Shown here piece after piece: positions 39,053 through 48,458 of a DNA stretch of 64,000 nucleotides (its first letter is position 1; the number at the start of each line of letters is the position of its first letter). Source of the stretch: an archaeon (GTDB taxonomy: Archaea > Nanobdellota > Nanobdellia > SCGC-AAA011-G17 > GW2011-AR17). Position numbers and translations under genes: made by a program. The notes beneath the pieces were generated by a model. It was given only the letters and a program-made list of their open reading frames with translations, ran no database searches and was not told where the DNA came from. The stretch is taken from the NCBI GenBank assembly GCA_043814545.1, contig JBDRJY010000007.1:6819-70818 (forward strand), in the 5' to 3' direction.

Positions 39053-41049
39053 GTTAGTTCAGGATAAGTTATACCTGTCCCCTCCTCAAGTTTACTATAA
39101 ACATCTGAAAGCTCGTCGTACGTACTAGGCGTACCATAACTGTTAACATAAAAAGTTATGGTGGATGCAGACGACAGTTCATCTCGACCCAAGGTCCATA
39201 AGTATTCTCCCCCGCCACTTACTAAAGAATCAAGAGTCATTGACGGTATTTCCACAGTGGTACATTCTTCATCAGTTCCAAAAAACGAAAACAAACTTTT
39301 CACAGGGTTAGTAACACAATGTTCAACTTCTTGTTCTTCAATAACAAAATCAAAAACTGCGTCAGTTACAATGTAAGCATTAATATCATAATCGCCAGAG
39401 ATTAAGGTTATGGTATTAAACCCCTCCATAGGATACGCTACTGAAGTTGAATAATCTAACTCTTCATTGTTTAACTGAATACTAATTGACTCACTACTTA
39501 AAGGATCTCTTATAGAACCAGACTCGTCAACAACTTTTACTTTAACGTTAAATTCATAATACCTTTCTAAAATAACATAAGCTTCATCTTCATCAATACT
39601 AGAAAACTGCGTTTTACCAGGATGCAAACCTTCTTTTTCAGCTAAGATAAAACCGTTGTAACATGCCGGGAAATCAGCAGTGATACCAACACCTGTAGCA
39701 GTGCTAGAAGTTTCACCAATTTCGCAAACTTGCGTAATACATTTGTACGATACAGTCGCATCGTTAACAGTTTCTAACAAACCATCTTCTCTTGGCGCAA
39801 CTACGTAAACAGTTGCGGGCCAGAATGCGTTTTCGCATATAGGCGTTTCAGGATCAACCACATCTAACAAACCAAGTTCGTTTTCTCGAGGCTGGTTATT
39901 ATCTATGATAACCATATACGCAAACTGAAAAACGTAATCAGACGTTTCATCATATAAGGAAATTAATACAGGATATTTAATATCATAAACAAAATTATAA
40001 GTGTTAAGACAGAAAAACGCTTTAAGATATGAAGGACCTTCACCGCCAGGCATTTCAGGTATGACAGGTTCTGATAACATCAAGTCACCTTCCGAAGGAA
40101 ACACGTCTAAGTATAAAGGCCACGATGTAAAATATTCTAAGTTAGCTTTCACGTTATACCTGTTATAATCTAAAACGTCCCATTCATAATATACACTGTC
40201 AGAGTCAGACATATCATAATCAGTTCCTACTAGTTTCACTTGTGCAACGTTCGCATCTAAATAATTTTTTAAATCTTCTTTAACACCAGTCTTGCTCCAC
40301 GTATCAACTTCGCACGAAACTTCTAAGTCTGATAAAGGCAGTTCTTCATTGATTGCGAAAAGGTCGATGGTACGTTCTTCAAGGAAAAACTCATTATCAC
40401 TATTTGCGATAATCTCAGCAGCCAAATCATGCAAGTCACCTAACGGAACATTCATTGAATAAAAAAACGTGTCAAAGTTATATCTGAAAGAATCTAAGGT
40501 TACTCTTAACGGATATTCGATTGTAAACAAAACTTGATCATCTTGAATATCAACTTCAGTTTCTATAGGACCAGCTGTCATGTTATAAGTTTCAAACATA
40601 TCAAAATCATTGGTACACTTTCCTAAGTTTTGGTTTAAGTAATAAACTAAATGCTCTTGCATTTCTTCAATTGTAGGCGCTGCAGACTTTTGTACACCGT
40701 TAGCTGTTTCATAAAACCAATACGCTACATTATAATCCCCACCTTCAAAAACTTCTAAGTAATTAGAAAACATGTTCGCATCAGTTTGCGGAATAGTATC
40801 ACTCGGTATTAAAATATAACCGCCCTGCGATCCTAAAAGTTCTAAAGCGTTTTGGGTAGTTTCTTCAATACATGCTAAAATAAAATCATTCGGTTCTTGC
40901 ACTTCTTCAGGAACAATTAAAGAAGCTTGCCTTTGCCGTTCCCAATCCGAAAGAAAAAGAACATCTTTATACACAACTACAAAAACTGCGAAGATAAGAA
41001 TAATTAATCCTAATATGACTAATAAAGTCACCTGCCCTCTTTTTTTCAT
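39049..41049 (-). CDS. Large class III signal peptide (pilin-like N-terminus) protein
   Basis: MKKRGQ followed by VTLLVILGLIILIFAVFVV; FILACIEE...LLGSQGGYI. Confidence 0.78.
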   Translation of the reverse strand: MKKRGQVTLLVILGLIILIFAVFVVVYKDVLFLSDWERQRQASLIVPEEVQEPNDFILACIEETTQNALELLGSQGGYILIPSDTIPQTDANMFSNYLEVFEGGDYNVAYWFYETANGVQKSAAPTIEEMQEHLVYYLNQNLGKCTNDFDMFETYNMTAGPIETEVDIQDDQVLFTIEYPLRVTLDSFRYNFDTFFYSMNVPLGDLHDLAAEIIANSDNEFFLEERTIDLFAINEELPLSDLEVSCEVDTWSKTGVKEDLKNYLDANVAQVKLVGTDYDMSDSDSVYYEWDVLDYNRYNVKANLEYFTSWPLYLDVFPSEGDLMLSEPVIPEMPGGEGPSYLKAFFCLNTYNFVYDIKYPVLISLYDETSDYVFQFAYMVIIDNNQPRENELGLLDVVDPETPICENAFWPATVYVVAPREDGLLETVNDATVSYKCITQVCEIGETSSTATGVGITADFPACYNGFILAEKEGLHPGKTQFSSIDEDEAYVILERYYEFNVKVKVVDESGSIRDPLSSESISIQLNNEELDYSTSVAYPMEGFNTITLISGDYDINAYIVTDAVFDFVIEEQEVEHCVTNPVKSLFSFFGTDEECTTVEIPSMTLDSLVSGGGEYLWTLGRDELSSASTITFYVNSYGTPSTYDELSDVYSKLEEGTGITYPELT

Positions 41050-41107
41050 ATATTGACTTATAGCGTATATAGGTTTAAAAATCTTTTGTTATATATAGAA
41101 GAAACTT

Positions 41108-41125
41108 GGTTTTTGCCTTCGGCTG
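41108..41125 (-). repeat. Dispersed mini-hairpin element, copy 5
   Basis: + strand GGTTTTTGCCTTCGGCTG, identical to copy 1; 3 nt from the tRNA-Val 3' end. Confidence 0.85.
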
Positions 41126-41128
41126 GAA

Positions 41129-41201
41129 TGGGCCCGCCCGGACTCGAACCGGGGATTCTCACCAAGTCAAGGTGATGTCATAGCCACTAGACCACGGGCC
41201 C
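41129..41201 (-). tRNA. tRNA-Val(GAC)
   Basis: GGGCCCG/CGGGCCC acceptor; TCACC-TTGACTT-GGTGA anticodon arm; CCCGG-TTCGAGT-CCGGG T-arm. Confidence 0.92.
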
Positions 41202-41260
41202 TTTTAATAAAAAAGAATTAGTTTGATTATAAAAAAGTTTCTAAAAAGAAATAAAAAAAA

Positions 41261-44200
41261 TCATTTTTTCTTTTTCAAGACTAGCGGTATAACAACTGCT
41301 GCTGCAACAATTGCAATTCCAAGACCTATTACAACCCACCACCACCAAGCCATGCCTGCTTCAATGATAGGTTCTTCTGCTATTAACTCTGGCTCAGTTT
41401 CTGCTTCAGGTTCAGTTGTTGGTGCTGCTGCAACTTTCGCTACAATTGCAAAGTATGACAATGCGTCAGACGTTGCTTCAAAGTACACATCGTCGTCATC
41501 TTGGTAAAGCTTCTTGGTTTTTAATTCATTCCAAACACCATTATCATACCTGTACAATATAATGTCTGAAGACTTATGATTATTGTCAGCTAACCATTCC
41601 CTTGTAACATGGAACGTTACTTTAGCCTCATCAATTTCACTATCTTCCAAACCAGTTTTTGTAACAGTTATGTAATAATACAAGTCACCCGGTGCATCTT
41701 TATTAACATCAGATTGCCTTTCAATTTCTTTGGTAACTGAAACTCTTACATTTTCAACATCAGTGTTCGTTGTTAACGAGATACCTGAAACAATCAAAGC
41801 TTTGTCGGTAAACGTTACTACTGCTGATTCCCCTGCAATAATCCTACTTAACGTTGTTGCTGAACTTACAACAACATCAACACCGTTACCACCTGTTGAA
41901 CTTGTACTTGATGAACCTGCTGCAGCTGCTGTCGTAACATAACTGTAAGTTGTACTGTTACTGGTTGTCATAATATTATTTTCTGTATCGTTACATCTTA
42001 CGTACCATGTACCAGCTATTTCTCCAGTGAACACTTGCGAATAGCTATGGTTCAATCCATTACCCAAGAACCTTGTCATCGACGCTATAGCCACATCTGT
42101 TGTTGACCAGAAACAAGTTGCTGTTTCATCCGTCTTAACTAACAAAGTCCAGTTAGCTGTATTACTTGCATCTGCTGTAGCTGAAATTTCAACAATTCTC
42201 GGATAAGCTGTATCATCCATTTGCCTTGCTAATACGTCCCCATCGAAACCAGTTACTTTAAAGAACTGTTGGTTATTAAAAATATGGCTAGAACAGTTAT
42301 ACTTATGTGCAGTAAACTGACTTGACCCTACATTTTCCCCTGGACAACGCAAGTACAACTCATCACTCGCTGTACAATTACTACTAAAGTTATATGGCGA
42401 CTCATAACTACCATCTTTCAGACAAATACCTGCAACATTTTTATTATTACTATAATTAGTACTGTTATAGATATAAATTGTTGTTGCATTTGCTTCAGGA
42501 TATAAGCCATAAGTCCAAACCATACCATAAGAGGTTCTGTTGTGCCAATAAATTGATACATTCCTTAAATCAATTTCTTTAGTTGGCCCAAACGTATAAT
42601 TAAACTCGATAATGTATGCGCTATGGTTATATGTTCCTGACCCGTTTGCTACATCTGAAGCTAGTGAAACATTCGAACCATTATAAAACCTTACAATGCT
42701 TGCTGCACCAGTCAGACTTGTAACATTCACACTCGAAATATTCCAATCTACACTCATGTTTAATTTTACATTAGTAGCAACATTAGTTATGTTACCTGTA
42801 AGGAAGTCAGACGTATCCATTACACCATCATTATCATCGTCCGGATCAATTGCATCTAAAGTACCATTTTCATCACAATCCTCTTTTACTTTAAAATAAT
42901 AATAGACTGCCTGAGCTAATGCATTAGATGCGTTATCTGTCATTCCTGTTAATAATAATGTATAAGTCACACCTGGGACTAAATTTCTGTAAGGGTTCAT
43001 CTCAAGAAACCCTGTTGTATTAGCTGAGATATAATCAATAATACTACCATTATTAGCAATCTCACTAGCATTAGATACGTTATAGTAGAAATGACCATCT
43101 AACCTTGTCGCCCCAGTAACATTTGTATCAAATAATCTTACAGTCGCAGTATTAAAAGAGTTAATATCCATTGTTTCTGAAAAATTCATAGAAATATTCA
43201 TCTTATACGAAACATTAACTGAAAGATTTCCAAAGTTAGCAGTTCTGTTAATGAAACTTACAAAGTTGGGTGCAACATCATCTATTATGAAAGATTGACC
43301 TACATAATTTACTACATAGCCCATATAATCAGATGCGTTAACATCAACTGTATACGCAGAAGAAACATTTGCTAATGTGATTGTTCCGGTATAGTTATTG
43401 TCATCTACCCTTGTTAATAAAGTTCCTTCTGCTGTTACGTTATGGATACCAGTTCCACTATCATTAACATTTACATAAATTGTAACTTGAGTTACATTTT
43501 GTACATAATAGTCACTTAGTAAAACTTCATTAACTGCTGGAGCCATAGTATCAACAGTGAACGTATAATTTGTTGCATATGTACTGTTAGAAGTTGTCGC
43601 TTTTGTTGTATTAATATCTATGTCAGCTGCTAAACAGTTCCAAATATATGTACCATCAGCCATATTACTAATATTTGTTTCAAAAGTTATAGCGTCAACA
43701 CCATAAGGATCATCAGCCACTAATGACTCAGTAAAATTTCCTCCCCATGATGTACCACGGGTAGCATTAGACATAAAAGTAAGACTATAAAGTCCTGATG
43801 CGTCCGATGCACTACAATTAAAAGTAAGATAATTGTTTGTAGTGTTAGTAAAGTTATAACCATTCACTGGAGAATTTAATGTCACAACAGGTGCAGCAGA
43901 GTTTCTTCCAAATTTTACCCTTCTAAAAGATTGCGACCCATTTGCATTACCTAACGAATCATTTGCATAGAACCAAATAGACAAGTTCGTACTTTCGTTA
44001 TTCACTGCAGGGAAAAGTGTGTTAACGTCACAAGGTACTGAAATGTTATTGGACCAATTTATTCCATCAGTATACCTATACCAACAAGACATACTAACAT
44101 TAGATGTTCGAGCATCACTAGCACGTATCTGGAAATTTTGGTTATTGTTATTCGTATAAAGGGTGTTATTAGCAGGAAGCGTAACAGTAATGTTTGGGGA

Positions 44201-44632
44201 AGTATAATCTACGCTTATTGTATAAATTGAGGAGTTTACATAGTTAGAACCTGCGGTTACATTTGTTTTGTTGGCAGCAGCACACATCCAAGTAAAGTTG
44301 CCTTCAGGCAAAGATGCATTAAAGATAAATCCAGTGCTACTTACAACTGCAGTACTGTTTGATACATTAACCATAAAAGTTCCGTTAAAATTGTGCCAGA
44401 AGGTTAAGTTAACAATACCGTCAGTAGCAGTTACACCAGCCCATGTTACATTACATGTAAAATTCTGACCACTTCCATTTAAGCCACTAATATAAATGTT
44501 ATTTCCTGGTGAAATCACATCAACTGATTGTACACCCTGCGTCTGATACTCTGCTATTACATAAACTGCACCTAGTACAATTAATAATACAAACAGAAAT
44601 AATATTCCTCTTTTTATTCCCCTTTTATTCAC
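41261..44632 (-). CDS. Surface glycoprotein with Ig-like repeats, PGF-pre-PGF-like domain and C-terminal TM anchor
   Basis: Signal peptide; YIWNC and FTVDTMAP Ig-like motifs; very many N-x-S/T sequons; VTFHVTREWL...LYRY...W...LSYFAI; TM helix plus KKKK. Confidence 0.82.
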   Translation of the reverse strand: MNKRGIKRGILFLFVLLIVLGAVYVIAEYQTQGVQSVDVISPGNNIYISGLNGSGQNFTCNVTWAGVTATDGIVNLTFWHNFNGTFMVNVSNSTAVVSSTGFIFNASLPEGNFTWMCAAANKTNVTAGSNYVNSSIYTISVDYTSPNITVTLPANNTLYTNNNNQNFQIRASDARTSNVSMSCWYRYTDGINWSNNISVPCDVNTLFPAVNNESTNLSIWFYANDSLGNANGSQSFRRVKFGRNSAAPVVTLNSPVNGYNFTNTTNNYLTFNCSASDASGLYSLTFMSNATRGTSWGGNFTESLVADDPYGVDAITFETNISNMADGTYIWNCLAADIDINTTKATTSNSTYATNYTFTVDTMAPAVNEVLLSDYYVQNVTQVTIYVNVNDSGTGIHNVTAEGTLLTRVDDNNYTGTITLANVSSAYTVDVNASDYMGYVVNYVGQSFIIDDVAPNFVSFINRTANFGNLSVNVSYKMNISMNFSETMDINSFNTATVRLFDTNVTGATRLDGHFYYNVSNASEIANNGSIIDYISANTTGFLEMNPYRNLVPGVTYTLLLTGMTDNASNALAQAVYYYFKVKEDCDENGTLDAIDPDDDNDGVMDTSDFLTGNITNVATNVKLNMSVDWNISSVNVTSLTGAASIVRFYNGSNVSLASDVANGSGTYNHSAYIIEFNYTFGPTKEIDLRNVSIYWHNRTSYGMVWTYGLYPEANATTIYIYNSTNYSNNKNVAGICLKDGSYESPYNFSSNCTASDELYLRCPGENVGSSQFTAHKYNCSSHIFNNQQFFKVTGFDGDVLARQMDDTAYPRIVEISATADASNTANWTLLVKTDETATCFWSTTDVAIASMTRFLGNGLNHSYSQVFTGEIAGTWYVRCNDTENNIMTTSNSTTYSYVTTAAAAGSSSTSSTGGNGVDVVVSSATTLSRIIAGESAVVTFTDKALIVSGISLTTNTDVENVRVSVTKEIERQSDVNKDAPGDLYYYITVTKTGLEDSEIDEAKVTFHVTREWLADNNHKSSDIILYRYDNGVWNELKTKKLYQDDDDVYFEATSDALSYFAIVAKVAAAPTTEPEAETEPELIAEEPIIEAGMAWWWWVVIGLGIAIVAAAVVIPLVLKKKK

Positions 44633-44733
44633 TTAAAACACCTCTTGATTATTAATAAAGATTAGTAATCTATGTTTTCGATGATTTTTAAGTATTTAAA
44701 TGTTTTGACAATTTAAGAGAAAAAATTAATTTT

Positions 44734-44750
44734 GATTTTTGGCTTTGCCT
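44734..44750 (-). repeat. Dispersed mini-hairpin element, copy 6 (stem swapped)
   Basis: + strand GATTTTTGGCTTTGCCT. Confidence 0.6.
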
Positions 44751-44815
44751 TTAAATAAAATATATTCTGTAAAATATAAATTAGTTTGTTTCAGTTTGTT
44801 TCAAAAAGGTTAGAA

Positions 44816-44887
44816 AGCCTCAGGAGGGAGTCGAACCCCCGACCTGCAGATTACAAGTCTGCTGCTCTACCACTGAGCCACTGAGGC
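44816..44887 (-). tRNA. tRNA-Thr(UGU)
   Basis: GCCTCAG/CTGAGGC acceptor; GCAGA-CTTGTAA-TCTGC anticodon arm; U discriminator. Confidence 0.95.
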
Positions 44888-44960
44888 ATATAGCAATGTC
44901 AACAATTCAATAATTTAAAAAGGTTTCTAATTAAAAAATTTAAATAAAAATATAAGAATT

Positions 44961-45593
44961 CTAAACTCGTATTAATGCACGAATCTCAGCAATAGATACA
45001 GGATAAACTTTTTTCAAAGCACCTTTCATCTCACGCTGAATTTCTCCAGCATTCAAAGCCGAAACAAATTGCGTAAAAGTTTTATCTTTAGCATATTTTG
45101 CAATAAACTCTTGAGCACCTTTACGAAGATCAGTCAACACACCATTAGTAGTATGAGACTTGGTAAACAATACAGGTTTTACTCTAATCTTAACTTCATC
45201 TTTAGTAACTGTTACAAAAGAATCATCAATTTTTTCCTTAGACCGTTTAGCTAGACGTTTCACATAAGACAAGTTCATATCATAAGCAACAAGTTCTGTT
45301 TCAGCCTTATCACCTTTAACATCTTTAATTCTAAACTTAACAATAATGTTTTGCTTTTTCATATTACGCGTAACCGTCATAAGGTTCATTTTTACAATAC
45401 GATTTTTTAAAGAATCAGCATCAGCAGCCATACTTTCACCTACAACTACAGAGTTATATTCTACCGGAGCTAAAACTGTAAACCATTTTTTCTTATGTTT
45501 CGGTTTTATAACAGGTTTTTTCTTAGGCTTACTAGCTGCCTTCTTCGCCTGCTTAGCTTGTTTTTTTAATAACTTTTTTTGTTTAGATGCCAT
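44961..45593 (-). CDS. rps3ae: 30S ribosomal protein S3ae (eS1)
   Basis: KKWFTVLAP, KIDD..VTKD and KKVYP motifs. Confidence 0.92.
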   Translation of the reverse strand: MASKQKKLLKKQAKQAKKAASKPKKKPVIKPKHKKKWFTVLAPVEYNSVVVGESMAADADSLKNRIVKMNLMTVTRNMKKQNIIVKFRIKDVKGDKAETELVAYDMNLSYVKRLAKRSKEKIDDSFVTVTKDEVKIRVKPVLFTKSHTTNGVLTDLRKGAQEFIAKYAKDKTFTQFVSALNAGEIQREMKGALKKVYPVSIAEIRALIRV

Positions 45594-45595
45594 TT

Positions 45596-46051
45596 TTATT
45601 CAATCAACAGTTTAGCTTTTTTCTCATCGTATTTCCAGTCTTGAGGTAAGATTTTTTTCTTAATATAATATTTAGCTAACCTACGAATTTTAGAGAAAGT
45701 TAACTGTGCCCCTCTTTTAGAAACTTTATCGTGTTTGTTAGCTCCATAATGTTTGATTAAAGCAATATGTTTTTTAATCAAAGCAGTAAGATCTTCAGGT
45801 AATTTAGGATTTAATTTGTTTTGTTTTAAGATTTCAGAAATCTTTTTATTGGTAACAGTTTTAACGTCAGGCACACCATAAGTGTCTCTCAAGATTAAAC
45901 CGATTTTACTGGCAGTAATTTCAGTTTTAGCTAACTTGACTATTAACTGTTCAATCTCTTTAGGTGTATATGTTAACCAAGAAGGTTTAACTTTTTTAAT
46001 TGGCTTAGTACTAGAAGATTTTCCTCGCCGTCTTGAATACATTCGTGCCAT
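45596..46051 (-). CDS. rps15: 30S ribosomal protein S15 (uS15)
   Basis: MARMYSRRRGKS, IGLILRDTYG, PEDL and SKIRRLAKYY motifs. Confidence 0.96.
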   Translation of the reverse strand: MARMYSRRRGKSSSTKPIKKVKPSWLTYTPKEIEQLIVKLAKTEITASKIGLILRDTYGVPDVKTVTNKKISEILKQNKLNPKLPEDLTALIKKHIALIKHYGANKHDKVSKRGAQLTFSKIRRLAKYYIKKKILPQDWKYDEKKAKLLIE

Positions 46052-46136
46052 TTTTATATCTCAGCATGTGAAAGTCCGTTTGAACAATCTACATCCGTTA
46101 GCGATTAATGAATTAAGAGGTCTTTATAAAAGTTTC

Positions 46137-46154
46137 GGGTTTTGCCTGCGGCTG
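46137..46154 (-). repeat. Dispersed mini-hairpin element, copy 7, between back-to-back BRE/TATA boxes
   Basis: + strand GGGTTTTGCCTGCGGCTG (minus-strand loop GCA). Confidence 0.8.
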
Positions 46155-46190
46155 AAAAGACTTATAAATAAGCGTTTCATACCGCATTTC

Positions 46191-46997
46191 ATGGTAAAAT
46201 GGCCGTTTTTACAGAAATTGGATAAAAAACATTTGTTAATCCCTACTATCATTGTCGTTCTTGAAGGCGTTATTGCGTTAAGTTCTTTACCTGCAGGCTA
46301 TAAAGCCAATAACAACCCTTATTTCGAGAAACATGTTTGGGCATGGCAACGTAGTGCTTATGTTATTGAAGAAGGGCCAAGGTGGGCAGCTTACCAAACT
46401 GAAATTAACCAAGTACCTTTCAAAGATATAGAAAACGCAGCACAATATTCTTACAAAGAGTTACAAACTTTACAAACTACTGATAATATGAATGAAATTT
46501 CTGAGATACAAGGCGTTATTACTTTGAATGAAGATAAATTAAAATTTTACCCGTTCGAATGTTCTAACTCTAAACACGCTGAAAATTTAAATGGCTTATA
46601 TGATTCCCCTGAACAAGCTAAAGATTATTTAAAAAAAAATCAAAAAGAGATAAATAAAATCTTAAACATTGACGGTAACATCCAATTAAAAGAAAATTTA
46701 AGTTTGGAAGAAGTTCAAAAAATTATAAATGTTTATGTTTACTTAAGCGACTCTGCATCAAGTTGCACAACTAATGATTATGTACAGTTTTATGCAAACA
46801 ATAATTTGGACGGAAAAGTTATTGGGAGTTTTCATACACATAATGATGGTAGTAGTCCATCTGATTTTGATTATGATAAAAGTTTAAAACGAAGAGAAAT
46901 TGTTATTTCTTTTACTCAAGAAGGAAACAGTTTTACTTTATACGATTTAGTTAAAGGCGACGAACAAAACATTACAGTTTTACCTTTTAAAGAGTAG
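46191..46997 (+). CDS. Membrane-anchored protein with a C-terminal JAB/JAMM-like metallo-motif
   Basis: ATG at 46191 after GAAAAGACTTATAAAT; N-terminal hydrophobic segment; IGSFHTHNDGSSPSDFD. Confidence 0.65.
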   Translation: MVKWPFLQKLDKKHLLIPTIIVVLEGVIALSSLPAGYKANNNPYFEKHVWAWQRSAYVIEEGPRWAAYQTEINQVPFKDIENAAQYSYKELQTLQTTDNMNEISEIQGVITLNEDKLKFYPFECSNSKHAENLNGLYDSPEQAKDYLKKNQKEINKILNIDGNIQLKENLSLEEVQKIINVYVYLSDSASSCTTNDYVQFYANNNLDGKVIGSFHTHNDGSSPSDFDYDKSLKRREIVISFTQEGNSFTLYDLVKGDEQNITVLPFKE

Positions 46998-47339
46998 CCA
47001 GTTCTTAGAATCTTTCATTCTGATTAAAGCGTAATCACCTTTAAGTTTTTCACCATGAATAGTGATAAGAATTTTATTTTTTTCCCATTCTTCTAAATCA
47101 TAAGTACCTTTGTCCCAAATTTTTACAGTACCCTTACCATAACCTTCTTCTATTTCACCTTCAAACTTTGCATAAGATTTAGCATGATCAGTTACTTCTA
47201 CTGCTAAACGTTTCAAACCTTTTTTTCTTGGCGGAGTTTTAGGTACTGCCCAACTTTTCAGAACCATCCCTTTTTCTAATCTTAAATCCCAATGTAAGTT
47301 TCTTGCATGATGTTCTTGTATAACATAAATTTTTTTCAT
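46980..47339 (-). CDS. Stand-alone LigD-type 3'-phosphoesterase domain
   Basis: VIQEHHAR..HWDLRLE, SWAVPK, RLAV...DH and YGKGTVKIWDKG motifs. Confidence 0.92.
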   Translation of the reverse strand: MKKIYVIQEHHARNLHWDLRLEKGMVLKSWAVPKTPPRKKGLKRLAVEVTDHAKSYAKFEGEIEEGYGKGTVKIWDKGTYDLEEWEKNKILITIHGEKLKGDYALIRMKDSKNWLLFKR

Positions 47340-47387
47340 TATGGATTATAATAATTTTAGAATTTAAAAAGCTTAACAAAGTTTAAA

Positions 47388-48122
47388 CTAATCCGCTTTA
47401 ACAATAAAGAAAGAAATAATTAACAAAACAAAAATATAAAAAATAATCAACACAATCAACGACCAATCCGTTACTTGCGTACCATTAATAAAATCTAAAT
47501 GATTTTTATACTTAAACCCTAAATAATACCACCATTGGTTAGCATGAGTGTAAAGCTGGTAATCACGATTCTCTAAAGAACTTTCCAAATATTTTGCATT
47601 AAGTTCTTCCAACGATTTTTCACGCAAATCAATATCATCAAAATCATAACCTTCAGGAGTAATAAAATCTGTATAACCGCAAGACTTTGCTAAATTAATA
47701 ACTTCTTCATTATATTGATCATAAGGAAAAATAAGAGTCGTTATATCTCTTCCAGTAATTTCATCCAACTCTTGTTTACAAACACAAACTTCGTAATAAA
47801 GGTCAGCTTCATTTAACGTAGTAAGATCTTTATGCGTATAACCATGACAAGCCACTATCCAATTTTCTTTAATTAAATATGCATACTTTTCAATAGACTG
47901 AGGATAATTTATTCCAACGATCAAAGTATAATTATAGTCTTCATACAAATCACTTACAGCTTTAATGGTTGGATAATATTTATCAACATAAACATAAGGA
48001 AAAAAACCATTCTTTCCTGTAACATCATCTATCCTAATTATCACTTCTGATGAAACTAATGGTATTATTAATAATAACAAAAATACAAAAATCAAAACAA
48101 ATTTTAAGTTACGCATTTTCAA
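47388..48122 (-). CDS. Membrane-anchored polysaccharide deacetylase (NodB-like)
   Basis: IRIDD, HGYTH and FPY motifs; signal peptide and C-terminal TM helix. Confidence 0.8.
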   Translation of the reverse strand: MKMRNLKFVLIFVFLLLLIIPLVSSEVIIRIDDVTGKNGFFPYVYVDKYYPTIKAVSDLYEDYNYTLIVGINYPQSIEKYAYLIKENWIVACHGYTHKDLTTLNEADLYYEVCVCKQELDEITGRDITTLIFPYDQYNEEVINLAKSCGYTDFITPEGYDFDDIDLREKSLEELNAKYLESSLENRDYQLYTHANQWWYYLGFKYKNHLDFINGTQVTDWSLIVLIIFYIFVLLIISFFIVKAD

Positions 48123-48128
48123 ACCTTG

Positions 48129-48215
48129 TTAAGCAAAGTGCCAAAATAAAACAAACAAAAAAACAAAGGCACCTCCAGCTAATAACAATAAACTATTTTT
48201 AATTTCTTCTCTCAT
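48129..48215 (-). CDS. Putative 28-aa membrane peptide
   Basis: MREEIKNSLLLLAGGAFVFLFVLFWHFA with a GGGGAG RBS and upstream TATA. Confidence 0.45.
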   Translation of the reverse strand: MREEIKNSLLLLAGGAFVFLFVLFWHFA

Positions 48216-48291
48216 TTTTTTAAAACTCCCCTTTTTCAACTATTTTAGTATCAAATATCAAAAAGAACTCTATATAAAATTTATGAAAAAG

Positions 48292-48399
48292 TAGCCCCGC
48301 GCGGATTCGAACCGCGGTCTCCGCCTTTCCCTTGAAAGATATCAATTAAGACATCATCCATCCAAAGGGCGAAATGATTGGCCACTACACTACGGGGCT
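48292..48399 (-). tRNA. tRNA-Gln(UUG) with a canonical 37/38 intron (35 nt, 48327-48361)
   Basis: A1-U72 acceptor AGCCCCG/CGGGGCT; TCGCC-CTTTGG^A-GGCGG anticodon arm; BHB helix CUUU/AGGG. Confidence 0.93.
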
Positions 48400-48458
48400 G
48401 TAACAGTAGTCAAAAAGAGAAACAATTGGTATATAAATTTAATGATTCACTAAAAATC

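Noticed and set aside
44783..44802. AGTTTGTTTC tandem duplication downstream of tRNA-Thr as an att site
   Set aside because: Only 2 x 10 bp, no duplicated tRNA 3' end and no integrase in the window.
45882..46190. N-terminal extension of the 371-aa + strand ORF in the track
   Set aside because: It is antisense to rps15 and crosses the promoter region; the ATG at 46191 after a BRE/TATA is the better start.
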